Below, piece after piece: positions 16,811 through 27,157 of a DNA stretch of 64,000 nt (positions are counted from its first letter, which is position 1; each line of letters opens with the position of its first letter). The notes under the pieces were generated by a model. That model was not told the DNA's origin and ran no database searches. It saw only the letters and a program-made list of their open reading frames with translations. Made by a program: the position numbers and the translations under genes. Source of the DNA: Gemmatimonas sp. (GTDB taxonomy: Bacteria > Gemmatimonadota > Gemmatimonadetes > Gemmatimonadales > Gemmatimonadaceae). Location of the stretch: assembly GCA_965279375.1 (NCBI GenBank), contig OZ257156.1, positions 256,001 to 320,000 on the forward strand. Direction: 5' to 3'.

Positions 16811-17719
16811 GTGCACGCAGTTGCCGAGCACTCCGCTGGTGTGCGCGCAGCGATTGACTTCGGCATCAGCAACACCGATGTCGTCGCACGGATAGACGGA
16901 AGGCTGCGGCACTGGTCGCAGCCTTCGCTGCATGCCCCCGACGCGTCGCGACTGCGCGCGCTGCTGGCCGCCGGTGACATCGCCCTTGAAGCACTGACGC
17001 ACATCGCCGTCACCGGCGGTCGTCATCGCACGCTCCCCGAGCGCATCGGCGACTGTGACCTCGTTCGCGTGAACGAGGTGGCCGCCATCGGACGCGGCGG
17101 TCAGGCGCTGATAGTCGACGCGACCTACGACAGCACGGCCCCCGCGCTTGGTCGCGCGGCGCAGCACGACCACGCTCTCATCGTCGTCAGCGCGGGTTCG
17201 GGCACCGCCGTGGTATCCGCGCGCGGCCACACGTATGCGCACGTGACAGGCAGCGGCGTGGGTGGCGGCACTTTGCTCGGGCTGGGGCGACTGCTGTTGC
17301 AGACGGCCGATCCGCGCGAGATCGACGCGCTGGCGCAGCAGGGAGACGCCAACGGCGCGGACCTGAGCATCGGCGACGTCATCAGCGGCCCGATCGGCAC
17401 GCTGCCTCCCGACGCCACCGCCGTGAACTTCGGCAAGTTGGGACGCCAGGACATCGCGGTGAGCAAACCCGATCTCGCCGCCGCACTCATCACGCTCGTG
17501 GCACAGACGATCGGCACACTGGCCGTCAACGCAGCGCGCGCGCAGGGCACCCAGCGCATCGTCGTCGTCGGCCACATGACCGACCTGCTCACCGTGCGTC
17601 GCGTCCTCACGCAGGTGGGCGATCTCTACGGCATGGACATCGACATGCCGCCCGATTCAGGGTGTGCCACCGCCCTCGGTGCGCTCCACTTCGCCGCCGA
17701 GCGCAGCGTCAGCGACTAG
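16811..17719 (+). CDS. Type II (Fumble/eukaryote-like) pantothenate kinase
   Basis: ASKHA motifs IDFGISNTD, AVTGG, NEVAAIGRG, VSAGSGT, GSGVGGGTLLGLGRLL, DLSIGDV, AVNFGK, ATALGAL. Confidence 0.78.
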   Translation: MHAVAEHSAGVRAAIDFGISNTDVVARIDGRLRHWSQPSLHAPDASRLRALLAAGDIALEALTHIAVTGGRHRTLPERIGDCDLVRVNEVAAIGRGGQALIVDATYDSTAPALGRAAQHDHALIVVSAGSGTAVVSARGHTYAHVTGSGVGGGTLLGLGRLLLQTADPREIDALAQQGDANGADLSIGDVISGPIGTLPPDATAVNFGKLGRQDIAVSKPDLAAALITLVAQTIGTLAVNAARAQGTQRIVVVGHMTDLLTVRRVLTQVGDLYGMDIDMPPDSGCATALGALHFAAERSVSD

Positions 17720-17808
17720 GTGTCGCCTCCCGCGCATCGGCTCGCGATCATCGCCTTCCTGCGTCTCCTCCCGAGGCGCTGGCGCGTCAGGAGGGCTGCA
17801 ACAGGCGG

Positions 17809-19347
17809 TTAGCCGCGCGTCGGATTGCGCAGTCTGCTGTGCTTGGCGCCGTAGAGGAAGTACAGCACGAGCCCGACCAACAGCCAGATGCCGAAACGAA
17901 TCCAGGTCACGCCCGGCAGCTTGTACATCAGGTAGAAACACGCCACGACCGAGATCATCGGCGTGAACGGCACCCATGGCACACGGAACGGACGCGGACG
18001 ATCGGGATCGGTGCGACGCAGCACGATCACGCCGATCGACACGAGGATGAACGCGAAAAGCGTTCCGATATTGGTGAGGTCCACGACTTCGGCGATGTTC
18101 GCAAACGCGGCGAAGGTGGCGACGAAGAGCCCCGTGATGATCGTGCCGATATACGGCGTCTTGTACTTGGGATGCACCTTGGCAAAGAACGGCGGCAACA
18201 GTCCGTCGCGCGCCATCGACATGAAGATGCGCGGCTGGCCGAGCTGGAAGACGAGCAGCACGCTGCCCATCGCGATGACCGCGCCAATGGAGATGATGAA
18301 CCGCGACGCATTGAGGATCGCCGGCGGCCCGTCGGCCAATCGCAACGCCGTCACCATCGGCTCAGCGGTACCCAACTGCTGCCAAGGCGCGAGCCCCGTC
18401 ATCACGATCGACAGCGCGATGTAGAGCACGGTCGTGATCGCGAGACTCATGATGATGCCGAAGGGCATGTCCTTCGCGGGATTGATCGCTTCTTCAGCTG
18501 CGGTCGAGACGGCGTCGAAGCCGATGTAGCTGAAGAAGATGATCGCGGCCGCCGCGCTGATGCCGCCAAACCCGTTGGGCGCGAATCCACCCGTCGCCGG
18601 GTTGTTCCAGTTGATCGGCTTGATGAAGAACAGACCAACCGCGAGGAAGAAGAGGATGATCCCGATCTTGAGGATCACCATCGCGTTGTTGGAATTGGCC
18701 GACTCCTTGACGCCCTTGATCAGCACGAGCGTGATGAGCAGGACCACCAGAAACGCCGGCAGATTGGCGATGATGCGAAAGCCGAACAGCGTGGGTGCTG
18801 TCGTGAGCGCCGAAGCGATGTAGAGGGAGACGGCGTCCGTGGCACCGCCGGCGACCGCCTTGGCCGCGTCCGACGCGGAACGGAAGTCGGTGGCCAACCA
18901 CGGCGGCAGATCGAGCCCGAAAAAGCTCAGCAGCTCTCGAAAGTAGCCGGACCAACCGATCGCCACGCCGATGTTGCCGACTGCGTACTCGACGATCAGG
19001 TCCCAGCCGATGATCCACGCGACGAACTCACCCAGCGCTGCATACGCGTACGTGTACGCGGAGCCCGCGATCGGCACCATCGCCGCAAACTCGGCGTAGC
19101 ACAGCGCCGCGAAGCCGCAGGCCACTGCCGTCAGGATGAAAGAGAAGATGATCGCCGGGCCGGCGCCGGGGCGCGCGAGGTCGCCTGCGATGGCCGTGCC
19201 CGTGGTGGCGAAAATGCCGGCACCGATCGTCGCGCCGACGCCGAGCGCGGTCAGGTGCCACTTGTTCAGAGAGCGTTTGAGGCCGCCGCGTTCGGCGACA
19301 TCCTGCTCCATGTCGGTAACGGACTTTCGGACGAAAAGACCGGGCAT
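17809..19347 (-). CDS. APC-family (cationic amino acid transporter-like) permease
   Basis: LTALGVGATIGAGIF, ALCYAEFAAMVPIAGSAYTY, FFSYIGFDAVSTAAEE, QPRIFMSMARDGLLP, RPFRVP. Confidence 0.93.
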   Translation of the reverse strand: MPGLFVRKSVTDMEQDVAERGGLKRSLNKWHLTALGVGATIGAGIFATTGTAIAGDLARPGAGPAIIFSFILTAVACGFAALCYAEFAAMVPIAGSAYTYAYAALGEFVAWIIGWDLIVEYAVGNIGVAIGWSGYFRELLSFFGLDLPPWLATDFRSASDAAKAVAGGATDAVSLYIASALTTAPTLFGFRIIANLPAFLVVLLITLVLIKGVKESANSNNAMVILKIGIILFFLAVGLFFIKPINWNNPATGGFAPNGFGGISAAAAIIFFSYIGFDAVSTAAEEAINPAKDMPFGIIMSLAITTVLYIALSIVMTGLAPWQQLGTAEPMVTALRLADGPPAILNASRFIISIGAVIAMGSVLLVFQLGQPRIFMSMARDGLLPPFFAKVHPKYKTPYIGTIITGLFVATFAAFANIAEVVDLTNIGTLFAFILVSIGVIVLRRTDPDRPRPFRVPWVPFTPMISVVACFYLMYKLPGVTWIRFGIWLLVGLVLYFLYGAKHSRLRNPTRG

Positions 19348-19434
19348 CTGGTATCGGGAAGGGGTCGGACCACGTACGGCGCGCGGCCCTATGCTTGCGA
19401 CGCGGAACGACCACGCGCAAGAGCGGCGGTACGA

Positions 19435-19923
19435 TCAGCCGATCGGTTCGAACACGCCCACGTCGCGGTTCTTCCGCACGTTGTCCCACGGGAACCAGCG
19501 GCCGTTCATCGCCACGTACACACCCGGGGGCAGCGTCTGCACGAAGCTGACGGCGCTGCCGAGGTTAAACAGCCCGTCCGAGCTGCCGAAAGCGTAGGGC
19601 ACCATCGCCCCGGTCAGCACGATCGTCTTGTCGCGGATCCCGAGCGCCAACGCGCGTGCGGTGTCCACCAGGGTATCCGTGCCGTGCGTGATGACGATCT
19701 GCGATTCCGCGCACATCGCGCAGGCGGCGACGATCGCGCCGCGCTGCGCATCGGTCATGTCGAGGCTGTCCACCATCATCAACACGTCGACCGCGACATC
19801 GAGTCCGCAGCGACCGCGACGCAGCATCTCCTCCACGTGGGTCGCACGAAAGTCCAGCGAGCCGCGCAGCTCGTCGTACTCCTTGTCGAAGGTGCCACCG
19901 GTGACGAACAGTCGTACGGTCAT
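19435..19923 (-). CDS. Asparaginase N-terminal-domain-only protein
   Basis: TGGTFDK and THGTDT catalytic motifs, VLTGAM; only 162 aa. Confidence 0.85.
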   Translation of the reverse strand: MTVRLFVTGGTFDKEYDELRGSLDFRATHVEEMLRRGRCGLDVAVDVLMMVDSLDMTDAQRGAIVAACAMCAESQIVITHGTDTLVDTARALALGIRDKTIVLTGAMVPYAFGSSDGLFNLGSAVSFVQTLPPGVYVAMNGRWFPWDNVRKNRDVGVFEPIG

Positions 19924-19939
19924 GCGAAAAGTCCCGCCA

Positions 19940-20368
19940 TCAGATGGGTTGCGTGGGAAGGCTGGGGCGCTCGCCCTCATCCGGCTGGTTGCGCATATGG
20001 TCGGCCAGCTCGTGCAGCCGTTGCCGCAGCGCGACCCGCAGCGCTTCGGGCATCTCGTGCTGGCTGAGGGCGGTGTCCATGCACCAGAGCCATTCATCCC
20101 GCTCCACAGTGCCGATCGCAAACGGGAAGTGTCGCATCCGAAGGCGCGGATGTCCGAACTTCTCGACGTAGACGGGAGGTCCGCCGGTCCAGCCGGTCAT
20201 GAACAGGCGCAGCTTCTCGCGTGATACCTTGAGACTCGCCGCGTGCAGCGCCCGTACGTGTACTGCCTCCGGCGCGCTGTCCATGAGGTCATAAAAATGG
20301 TCGACGAGGCGACGGATGCCGTCCTCGCCGCCCAGCAAGTCGAAGTGCGTCGGTGCGGGCGAAGTCAT
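19940..20368 (-). CDS. Group II truncated haemoglobin (trHbO)
   Basis: LGGEDGIRRLVDHFY, GWTGGPPVY, GHPRLRMRHFPFAIG..ERDEWL, ADHMRN. Confidence 0.9.
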   Translation of the reverse strand: MTSPAPTHFDLLGGEDGIRRLVDHFYDLMDSAPEAVHVRALHAASLKVSREKLRLFMTGWTGGPPVYVEKFGHPRLRMRHFPFAIGTVERDEWLWCMDTALSQHEMPEALRVALRQRLHELADHMRNQPDEGERPSLPTQPI

Positions 20369-20453
20369 GATGGAATCTCGCCCGTGCGTGTACGCGGTAC
20401 CAGCGTCACCTTTGCCTCGACCAGAAACTCGTCAGGTACTCGCCAGGAACTCG

Positions 20454-21038
20454 ATGGCCAAGAGCATCGTCCCCAAATCCGTACGCAGTGTGACGCGCAC
20501 GGTGCGTTCGCAGGTGACCATCCTCAGCAGCGCGCTCGGCGCGGCGTGGGTGGGATTCGCGGCCTCTGTGCTCTCGGGCGGCGCCTTGCTCTCGTTCGGT
20601 ATCGTCCCGCGCACCGTGGACGGACTGCGCGGCATTCTCTTCGCGCCATTTCTGCACGCCAGCTTCAATCACCTGCTGTCCAACACGGTGCCGTTCGTGG
20701 TGCTGGGTTGGCTGGTCATGCTGCGCGACTCGCGCCACTTCGGTCGCGTGACACTCGCGGCGATGCTGGGCTCAGGGCTCCTCTCGTGGACACTGGGCGC
20801 CCCGGGCTCGGTACACATCGGCGCCAGCGGCGTGATCTTCGGCTATCTCGGGTTCCTGATGCTGAGCGGCTGGTACGCGCGCACCTTCGGCAGCGTGCTG
20901 CTGAGCATCGGTGTGACCGCGGCGTGGGGAGGTCTCGCGCTGGGCGTCCTTCCCACGGTGCCGGGTGTGAGCTGGCAGGGGCATCTGGGTGGATTCATCG
21001 GCGGGATTCTCGCAGCGCGCGCGTTGCGGAAAAACTGA
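20454..21038 (+). CDS. Rhomboid-family intramembrane serine protease
   Basis: PFLHASFNHLLSN, HIGASG (catalytic Ser), SWQGHLGG (catalytic His). Confidence 0.9.
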   Translation: MAKSIVPKSVRSVTRTVRSQVTILSSALGAAWVGFAASVLSGGALLSFGIVPRTVDGLRGILFAPFLHASFNHLLSNTVPFVVLGWLVMLRDSRHFGRVTLAAMLGSGLLSWTLGAPGSVHIGASGVIFGYLGFLMLSGWYARTFGSVLLSIGVTAAWGGLALGVLPTVPGVSWQGHLGGFIGGILAARALRKN

Positions 21039-21093
21039 CGCGGCTCCGGGAGCTGTCCGCCACGACCAATTGTGTTTCCCGGTCAAGACGTCC

Positions 21094-21753
21094 TCAGCGA
21101 AACACCGCGATCTCCTCGAGTGACTTGCGTTCCAATGCAGGCACCTGCGCATCGCCGGCCGGATAGCCAACGGGCATCACGAGAAACGCCTTCTCGTTCG
21201 CCGGTCGTTCGAGCAGCTCGCCGAGAAAGGCCATCGGACTCGGCGTGTGCGTCAGCGTGACCAGCCCCATCGTGTGCACCGCTGCGATGAAGAAGCCGGC
21301 GGCAATGCCACAGCTTTCCTGCGTGTAGTAGTACGTCTGTTTGGTGCCGTCGCCGTTGAGGCCATAGCTCTGCCGGAAGAGCACGACGATCCACGGCGCA
21401 TCGGTCAAATGCGTCTTCACGGCGTCAGTACCGAGCGGTTCGAGTGCGGCGCGCCACTCGGGCGTGATGCGTTCCGCGTAGAAGAGCTGCTCTTCGGCCT
21501 CGGCCGCCTCACGTATGTGCGCCTTGAGCTCCGGGTCGGCGATGGCGACGAAGGTCCACGGCTGCTGGTGCGCACCGCTCGGCGAGGTACCCGCCGCACG
21601 AATGGCCTGTTCGATCCATTCACGCGGGACGGCCTCGGTCGAGAAGTGCCGCGTCGTGCGACGTCGGTTCATGTGCTCGGCGAATGCGGCCGCACGACTG
21701 GCGGACTCCTGCGGCTCGAGCCGCTGGAACGAAAGCGGGATGAAGGTGGGCAT
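21094..21753 (-). CDS. Nitroreductase-superfamily flavoprotein, iodotyrosine deiodinase (IYD)-like
   Basis: RRTTRHFS, AGTSPSGAHQQPW, IREAAEAEE..FY, LEPLGT..VK.HL..AP, YY..ESCGIA, LTHTPSPM, RPANEK, VGYPA. Confidence 0.85.
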   Translation of the reverse strand: MPTFIPLSFQRLEPQESASRAAAFAEHMNRRRTTRHFSTEAVPREWIEQAIRAAGTSPSGAHQQPWTFVAIADPELKAHIREAAEAEEQLFYAERITPEWRAALEPLGTDAVKTHLTDAPWIVVLFRQSYGLNGDGTKQTYYYTQESCGIAAGFFIAAVHTMGLVTLTHTPSPMAFLGELLERPANEKAFLVMPVGYPAGDAQVPALERKSLEEIAVFR

Positions 21754-21870
21754 GAGAGGAACCTGCCGCGAATGCGGCGAAAGGGAATACGGCCACCACC
21801 TGCATTGCGGCGAGGCATCCGCAGACCGAATTTGACGCATTCTCGTCACCACACTCGCCTGGACACCGAC

Positions 21871-22293
21871 GTGCAGACCAAAATCAACGAGTACATCGCC
21901 GCGCAGCCGGAAAAGAAGCGACAGGACATGCAAACGCTGCACGATCGCATTGTCGCGCTGATGCCCGGCTGTCGGCTGTGGTTTCTCGACGGCAAGGACG
22001 ACAGCGGTCGAACGGTGACCAATCCGAACATCGGATACGGTGCGCAGACGATGACGTACGCCGATGGACACACGCGCGAGTTCTACCAGATCGGCATCAG
22101 CGCGAATACCACCGGCATCTCCGTCTACATCATGGGGCTCCCCGACAAGGCGCACTTGGTGGAGACGTACGGTGAGACGATCGGCAAGGCGAGCGTGACC
22201 GGGTACTGCATCAAGTTCAGCGCACTGCGCAACATCGACATGCGTGTACTCGAAACGGCGATCCTCGACGGGGTCGCGCAGACCAGCGCCTGA
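21871..22293 (+). CDS. DUF1801-domain protein
   Basis: INEYIAAQPEKKRQDMQTLH...NIGYG...GKASVTGYCIKF; start uncertain. Confidence 0.72.
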   Translation: MQTKINEYIAAQPEKKRQDMQTLHDRIVALMPGCRLWFLDGKDDSGRTVTNPNIGYGAQTMTYADGHTREFYQIGISANTTGISVYIMGLPDKAHLVETYGETIGKASVTGYCIKFSALRNIDMRVLETAILDGVAQTSA

Positions 22294-22345
22294 AGGCAAG
22301 AAGTTCCGGCGCACACGAGCACGTGCGCCGGTCGTTCGCTGCCCG

Positions 22346-23518
22346 CTAACGCCCCGCTGCTGTCGTGAATGGCACGGAAACCATGCTGCCGCCCCACGAC
22401 ATCTCGATGGCGCCGCGATTCGCCGCCAAGGCCCTCACGGCGATCGTGAACTCCTCCGCGTGACTGGCCGTCGGCGTCATCTGCATCGACACGCGCCCGA
22501 AATCCTGCGCGGCGTCGTACTGCGTTCCCCACTGTCCCGTACCCTTGTTCACAATCAGGAACGTGCCGCTCTTCGTGTGCTGTACCCAGATGGTGTACAT
22601 GCCCGGCGGCACCACGAGCGTCTGCGTGCCGGCGGCACCGAGCGTGAGCGTGCGCGTGGTGAAGAGATGCGTGGCGTCGTTCGCGCCGGTGCGCCAGACC
22701 GTGTCGAACGGCACCAGCGTGCCACCCCACACTGAGCGATCACGCACCGACGGGCGGCCGTAGTCCACCAGCACCATCCCGCCCGGACCGAACGACCCGC
22801 GCGCGACATCGCGCAGTGACAGCACACCGGTGGGCTTCATCCCCTTGGCGATGGCCGCAATGTCCACTGCACTCGCACCACGCGTCGCGACCGACTTGTT
22901 GGTGGTGAACGATCCGTCAACCGACTGCAGCCGGCTGTTGGCGTCGAAGCGCAGCAGCATCGCGTACGCACCGCCGCGCAGGCGAAGCGTGTCACCAGCG
23001 GTGGCGCTCATTCCGGCGAAGCCGATGTTTCCCGCCGCGCCCAGTGCGGGGAGCGAATCCACGTTCGTGCCGGCCTTGCGCAGCATGGCCAACAGTTCAG
23101 TCGGGCCGTAGATGAACGTCGGGAAGTTCACCAACGCACCGCGTGCGGCAAAAGCGCGGCGTTGCGTGCTGTCGGCGAACACCACTTCGCGGACGATCGA
23201 GTCGGCGGTGATGGTGAATCGCGTGTCACTCGGCGCGTTCGGTGGGAGCGTACCATCGGCCTGCAGCCGCTTGAGTGAGGCGCGTGTCGGGCGACCGTCC
23301 TTGCCCAACGTGAGCGCGTACTGATAGCGCACCACCGCGGCACCCGAGCGCTGCACCATCTCGCCGGAGAGCGCCGACGCGGTGCGCGAATACTGTTCGA
23401 TGGCAACGGTGTCCTTGCCCAGTCGATAAACGAACGTGGCAGACGGTGACGCCGACTGCGCGGCGAGAGCGGGCGCGGTGATCAGCGAAAGCGCGGAGAG
23501 AACGAGTGCTGGGCGCAT
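22346..23518 (-). CDS. Secreted DUF2911-domain protein
   Basis: Signal peptide; C-terminal VDYGRPSVRDRSVWG.LVPFDTVWRTGANDAT...PPGMYTIW...GQWGTQYD. Confidence 0.8.
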   Translation of the reverse strand: MRPALVLSALSLITAPALAAQSASPSATFVYRLGKDTVAIEQYSRTASALSGEMVQRSGAAVVRYQYALTLGKDGRPTRASLKRLQADGTLPPNAPSDTRFTITADSIVREVVFADSTQRRAFAARGALVNFPTFIYGPTELLAMLRKAGTNVDSLPALGAAGNIGFAGMSATAGDTLRLRGGAYAMLLRFDANSRLQSVDGSFTTNKSVATRGASAVDIAAIAKGMKPTGVLSLRDVARGSFGPGGMVLVDYGRPSVRDRSVWGGTLVPFDTVWRTGANDATHLFTTRTLTLGAAGTQTLVVPPGMYTIWVQHTKSGTFLIVNKGTGQWGTQYDAAQDFGRVSMQMTPTASHAEEFTIAVRALAANRGAIEMSWGGSMVSVPFTTAAGR

Positions 23519-23610
23519 GGGAGGCGGGAGCGGTGGGAGGTGGAGACGACGCCAATGCTACCACAACCGGCCCGAAATGCCATCACACTGGCCGCCTTAC
23601 GCTGCGCCTG

Positions 23611-24792
23611 CTACGCGGTGGCAATCCGCGATCGACGCATCGCCGCCCACCAGATCGCGGTGCCGCCCGCGAGCGCCCACGCATACCCGTACGGCGCAAA
23701 CGCGGCCGTGAGACCGCAGGCGACGGCCAGCAGGAACGCGCCACGATCGCCCAGCTGATCGCGCACGAGCAACAGCACCGTGACAGCCTCGACCAACAGC
23801 AGCGTGCCAAGCACCGGCCCGGGGAAGAGCCGCTGAAACGCCGCCGGATCGCCCACCAGAAAGAGCCCGGCCACGATCAGAAACGCGCCATAGATGACCG
23901 CACTGCCTCCGGTGCGCGCTCCGAACGCATAGTGCCCCGCCACCCCGCCGCTGCCGTGGCAGACGGGCAGCCCCCCGAGCGGTGCGGCGAAGAGGTTCAT
24001 CAAGGCGTAGGTGGTGCCGATGCGGCGCACCGTAAGTGGTTCGCGCTGCGGAAAGAGATCGCCGACCACCTGTCGCGTCGCCAGTACGGAATTGCCGAGC
24101 GACAGCGCCAGCTGCGGGAGCGCGAGCAGCAGGCTGGCGCGCGCGAACTCCTCGCCGGTGGGCCAACGTGTGGGCAGCGACGGCAGTCGAAAACCGAACG
24201 GAAGCGCGACATCGGCCGGCCAATTGACGGCGGCATAGACGAATCCCATCGACAGCACCACGAGCGCGGCGGGCACCCTCGTGCTTTCGCGTAGCCCGAT
24301 GACGATGGCCAGCGCCACCGCCGCCAGTATCCAGCCACGCGCTCCGTCCGCCGGCAGGAATCGCGTGAGTGCGAGGTTGGCCAACTGCAGGCCGAGCCCC
24401 ACCTGGATGCCGCGCACGACCGCCTTGGGCACCGTCCGCGCCATCCACTCGAGCGCTCCGGTGTTGGCCAGCAGCAACATCACCACGCCCACGATCAGCC
24501 CGCCCGCGGCCAGCAGCGGCGGCGCCAGCTTCCCCGCGATGGCGATGGCTGCCATCGCCTTGAGCGGCTGCACAGGCATCGGCAGGCGATAGGCCAGCCC
24601 CGAGAGCACCTGCAACACACCGAACGTGACGAAAGCGGCCGTGGCATCCATGCCGGTCGCCACGACAACGCCTACCAATAAGGGCAGGTCGGTGCCAAGG
24701 TCCCCGAACGCACCCGCCAGCTCTCGTCGATCGAAGCGGATCGAGGTGGCGGTAGCGCGCGCGGAAAGCGAATCGGTCGCGGCTGCAGTCAT
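23611..24792 (-). CDS. MOT1-family putative molybdate/sulfate transporter
   Basis: ELAGAFGDLGT, PMPVQPLKA, PQLALSLGNS, PVCHGSGGVAGHYAFGARTG. Confidence 0.85.
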   Translation of the reverse strand: MTAAATDSLSARATATSIRFDRRELAGAFGDLGTDLPLLVGVVVATGMDATAAFVTFGVLQVLSGLAYRLPMPVQPLKAMAAIAIAGKLAPPLLAAGGLIVGVVMLLLANTGALEWMARTVPKAVVRGIQVGLGLQLANLALTRFLPADGARGWILAAVALAIVIGLRESTRVPAALVVLSMGFVYAAVNWPADVALPFGFRLPSLPTRWPTGEEFARASLLLALPQLALSLGNSVLATRQVVGDLFPQREPLTVRRIGTTYALMNLFAAPLGGLPVCHGSGGVAGHYAFGARTGGSAVIYGAFLIVAGLFLVGDPAAFQRLFPGPVLGTLLLVEAVTVLLLVRDQLGDRGAFLLAVACGLTAAFAPYGYAWALAGGTAIWWAAMRRSRIATA

Positions 24793-24886
24793 TGACGGAA
24801 TATCTCGCGCGGCACCGTATTGCACGAGGCGGGGATTGCGACCGTTCAGATCGCCACAGATCCCTCCGCCCCTCCATCTTTCGTAC

Positions 24887-25844
<958 letters not shown>

Positions 25845-25852
<8 letters not shown>

Positions 25853-27128
25853 GCTCTTTGCAGTCATTCGCCGCGAGTATCTCGAACGCGTGCGCTCCAA
25901 GTGGTTTCTCATCGCGACGCTCTTCGGGCCGGTGTTCTTCGGCGGGATCATGTTCGTGCCGGCACTCATCTCGTCGCGCGACAAGGCGTCGGCCAACGGC
26001 ACCGACATCGCCATCGTGGATGCCACTGGCACCGGACTCGGCGAACGCGTGTCCGCGCGATTGGCCGGCGGCGTGGACGGCGGCGCGACGGCGCCCAAGG
26101 TGAACGTCGTGACGATGGACGCGCTGGTGCAGGCGGAATCGCTCGCGACGCGGCAGGTGGTGGCCGGCGACGTGAAGGGCTATCTGATCCTCGATACGCT
26201 CACCACGTCGGCCGCCAAGGCGCGCTACGCAGGCAGCAACACCACCGCGATCTTCGATATGCAGCGCATCGAGCGCGCCGTGCAGCGCGAAGTGCTGACG
26301 ATGGCGCTCGAAAAGAACGGCATCGATCCGGAAGTGGCGAAGAACGTGCTCAGTCGCAACGTGAACGTCGCCACGGAACGCCTCACCAAAACGGGACGCG
26401 GCGGCTCCGGGCAGCTCAACTTCATCTTCGGTGCCGCGGTCGCGTTCGTGCTCTACATGACGATCTTCATCTACGGGCTCAACGTCCTGCGTGGCGTGCT
26501 CGAAGAGAAGCAATCGCGCGTGGCCGAAGTGGTGATCTCCAGCTTGCCGTCTTCGCGACTGCTCGCTGGCAAGGTGATCGGCGTGGGCGGCGTGGGACTT
26601 ACGCAGCTCGTACTCTGGCTCTCGATGAGCTTTCTGATGTACAAGGTGCGCCAGCCCATTCTGGCCAAGTTCGGCGCCGACTCGATGGCCATCAGCATGC
26701 CCGATGTGTCGCTGGGACTCGGACTCGTCGTGCTCGCGTTCTTCGTGCTGGGCTTCATGCTGTACGCGGGGCTCTTTGCCGCGGCCGGCGCGACGGTGAA
26801 CAGCGAGCAGGAAGCGCAGCAGGCGCAGATGCCGGTGGTGCTCTTGCTCGTCACCAGCATCACCTTCTTGCAGAACATTCTGACGCAGCCGGACAGCACG
26901 CTCTCGCGCGTGCTCTCGATGCTGCCGTTCAGCGCACCGATCGTGATGCCGCTGCGCATGACGGTCGCACCGGTACCGCCGATGGAAGTCGCCCTCGCAC
27001 TGCTTTCCGTGTCACTAGGCGCGGTGGGCAGCGTGTGGCTGGCCAGCCGGATCTATCGCGTGGGCCTGCTGATGTACGGCAAGCGCCCGGGCATTCGCGA
27101 GATCTTCAAGTGGGTGGGGCAGAAGTAG
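25845..27128 (+). CDS. ABC-2-type exporter permease (NatB/YhaP-like)
   Basis: RREYLERVRSK, VLEEKQSRVAEV, LLAGKVIG, C-terminal IYRVGLLMYGKRP. Confidence 0.9.
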
Positions 27129-27157
27129 CGCCCCATCCAGCAGCGTAACGTCGCGAC

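Noticed and set aside
17662..20067. 801-aa plus-strand ORF, and similar long antisense ORFs (8550-10286, 43275-45167, 49804-51525, 37763-39307)
   Set aside because: They lie antisense to well-supported genes; long stop-free shadow frames are expected from high-GC codon bias, and they show no motifs.
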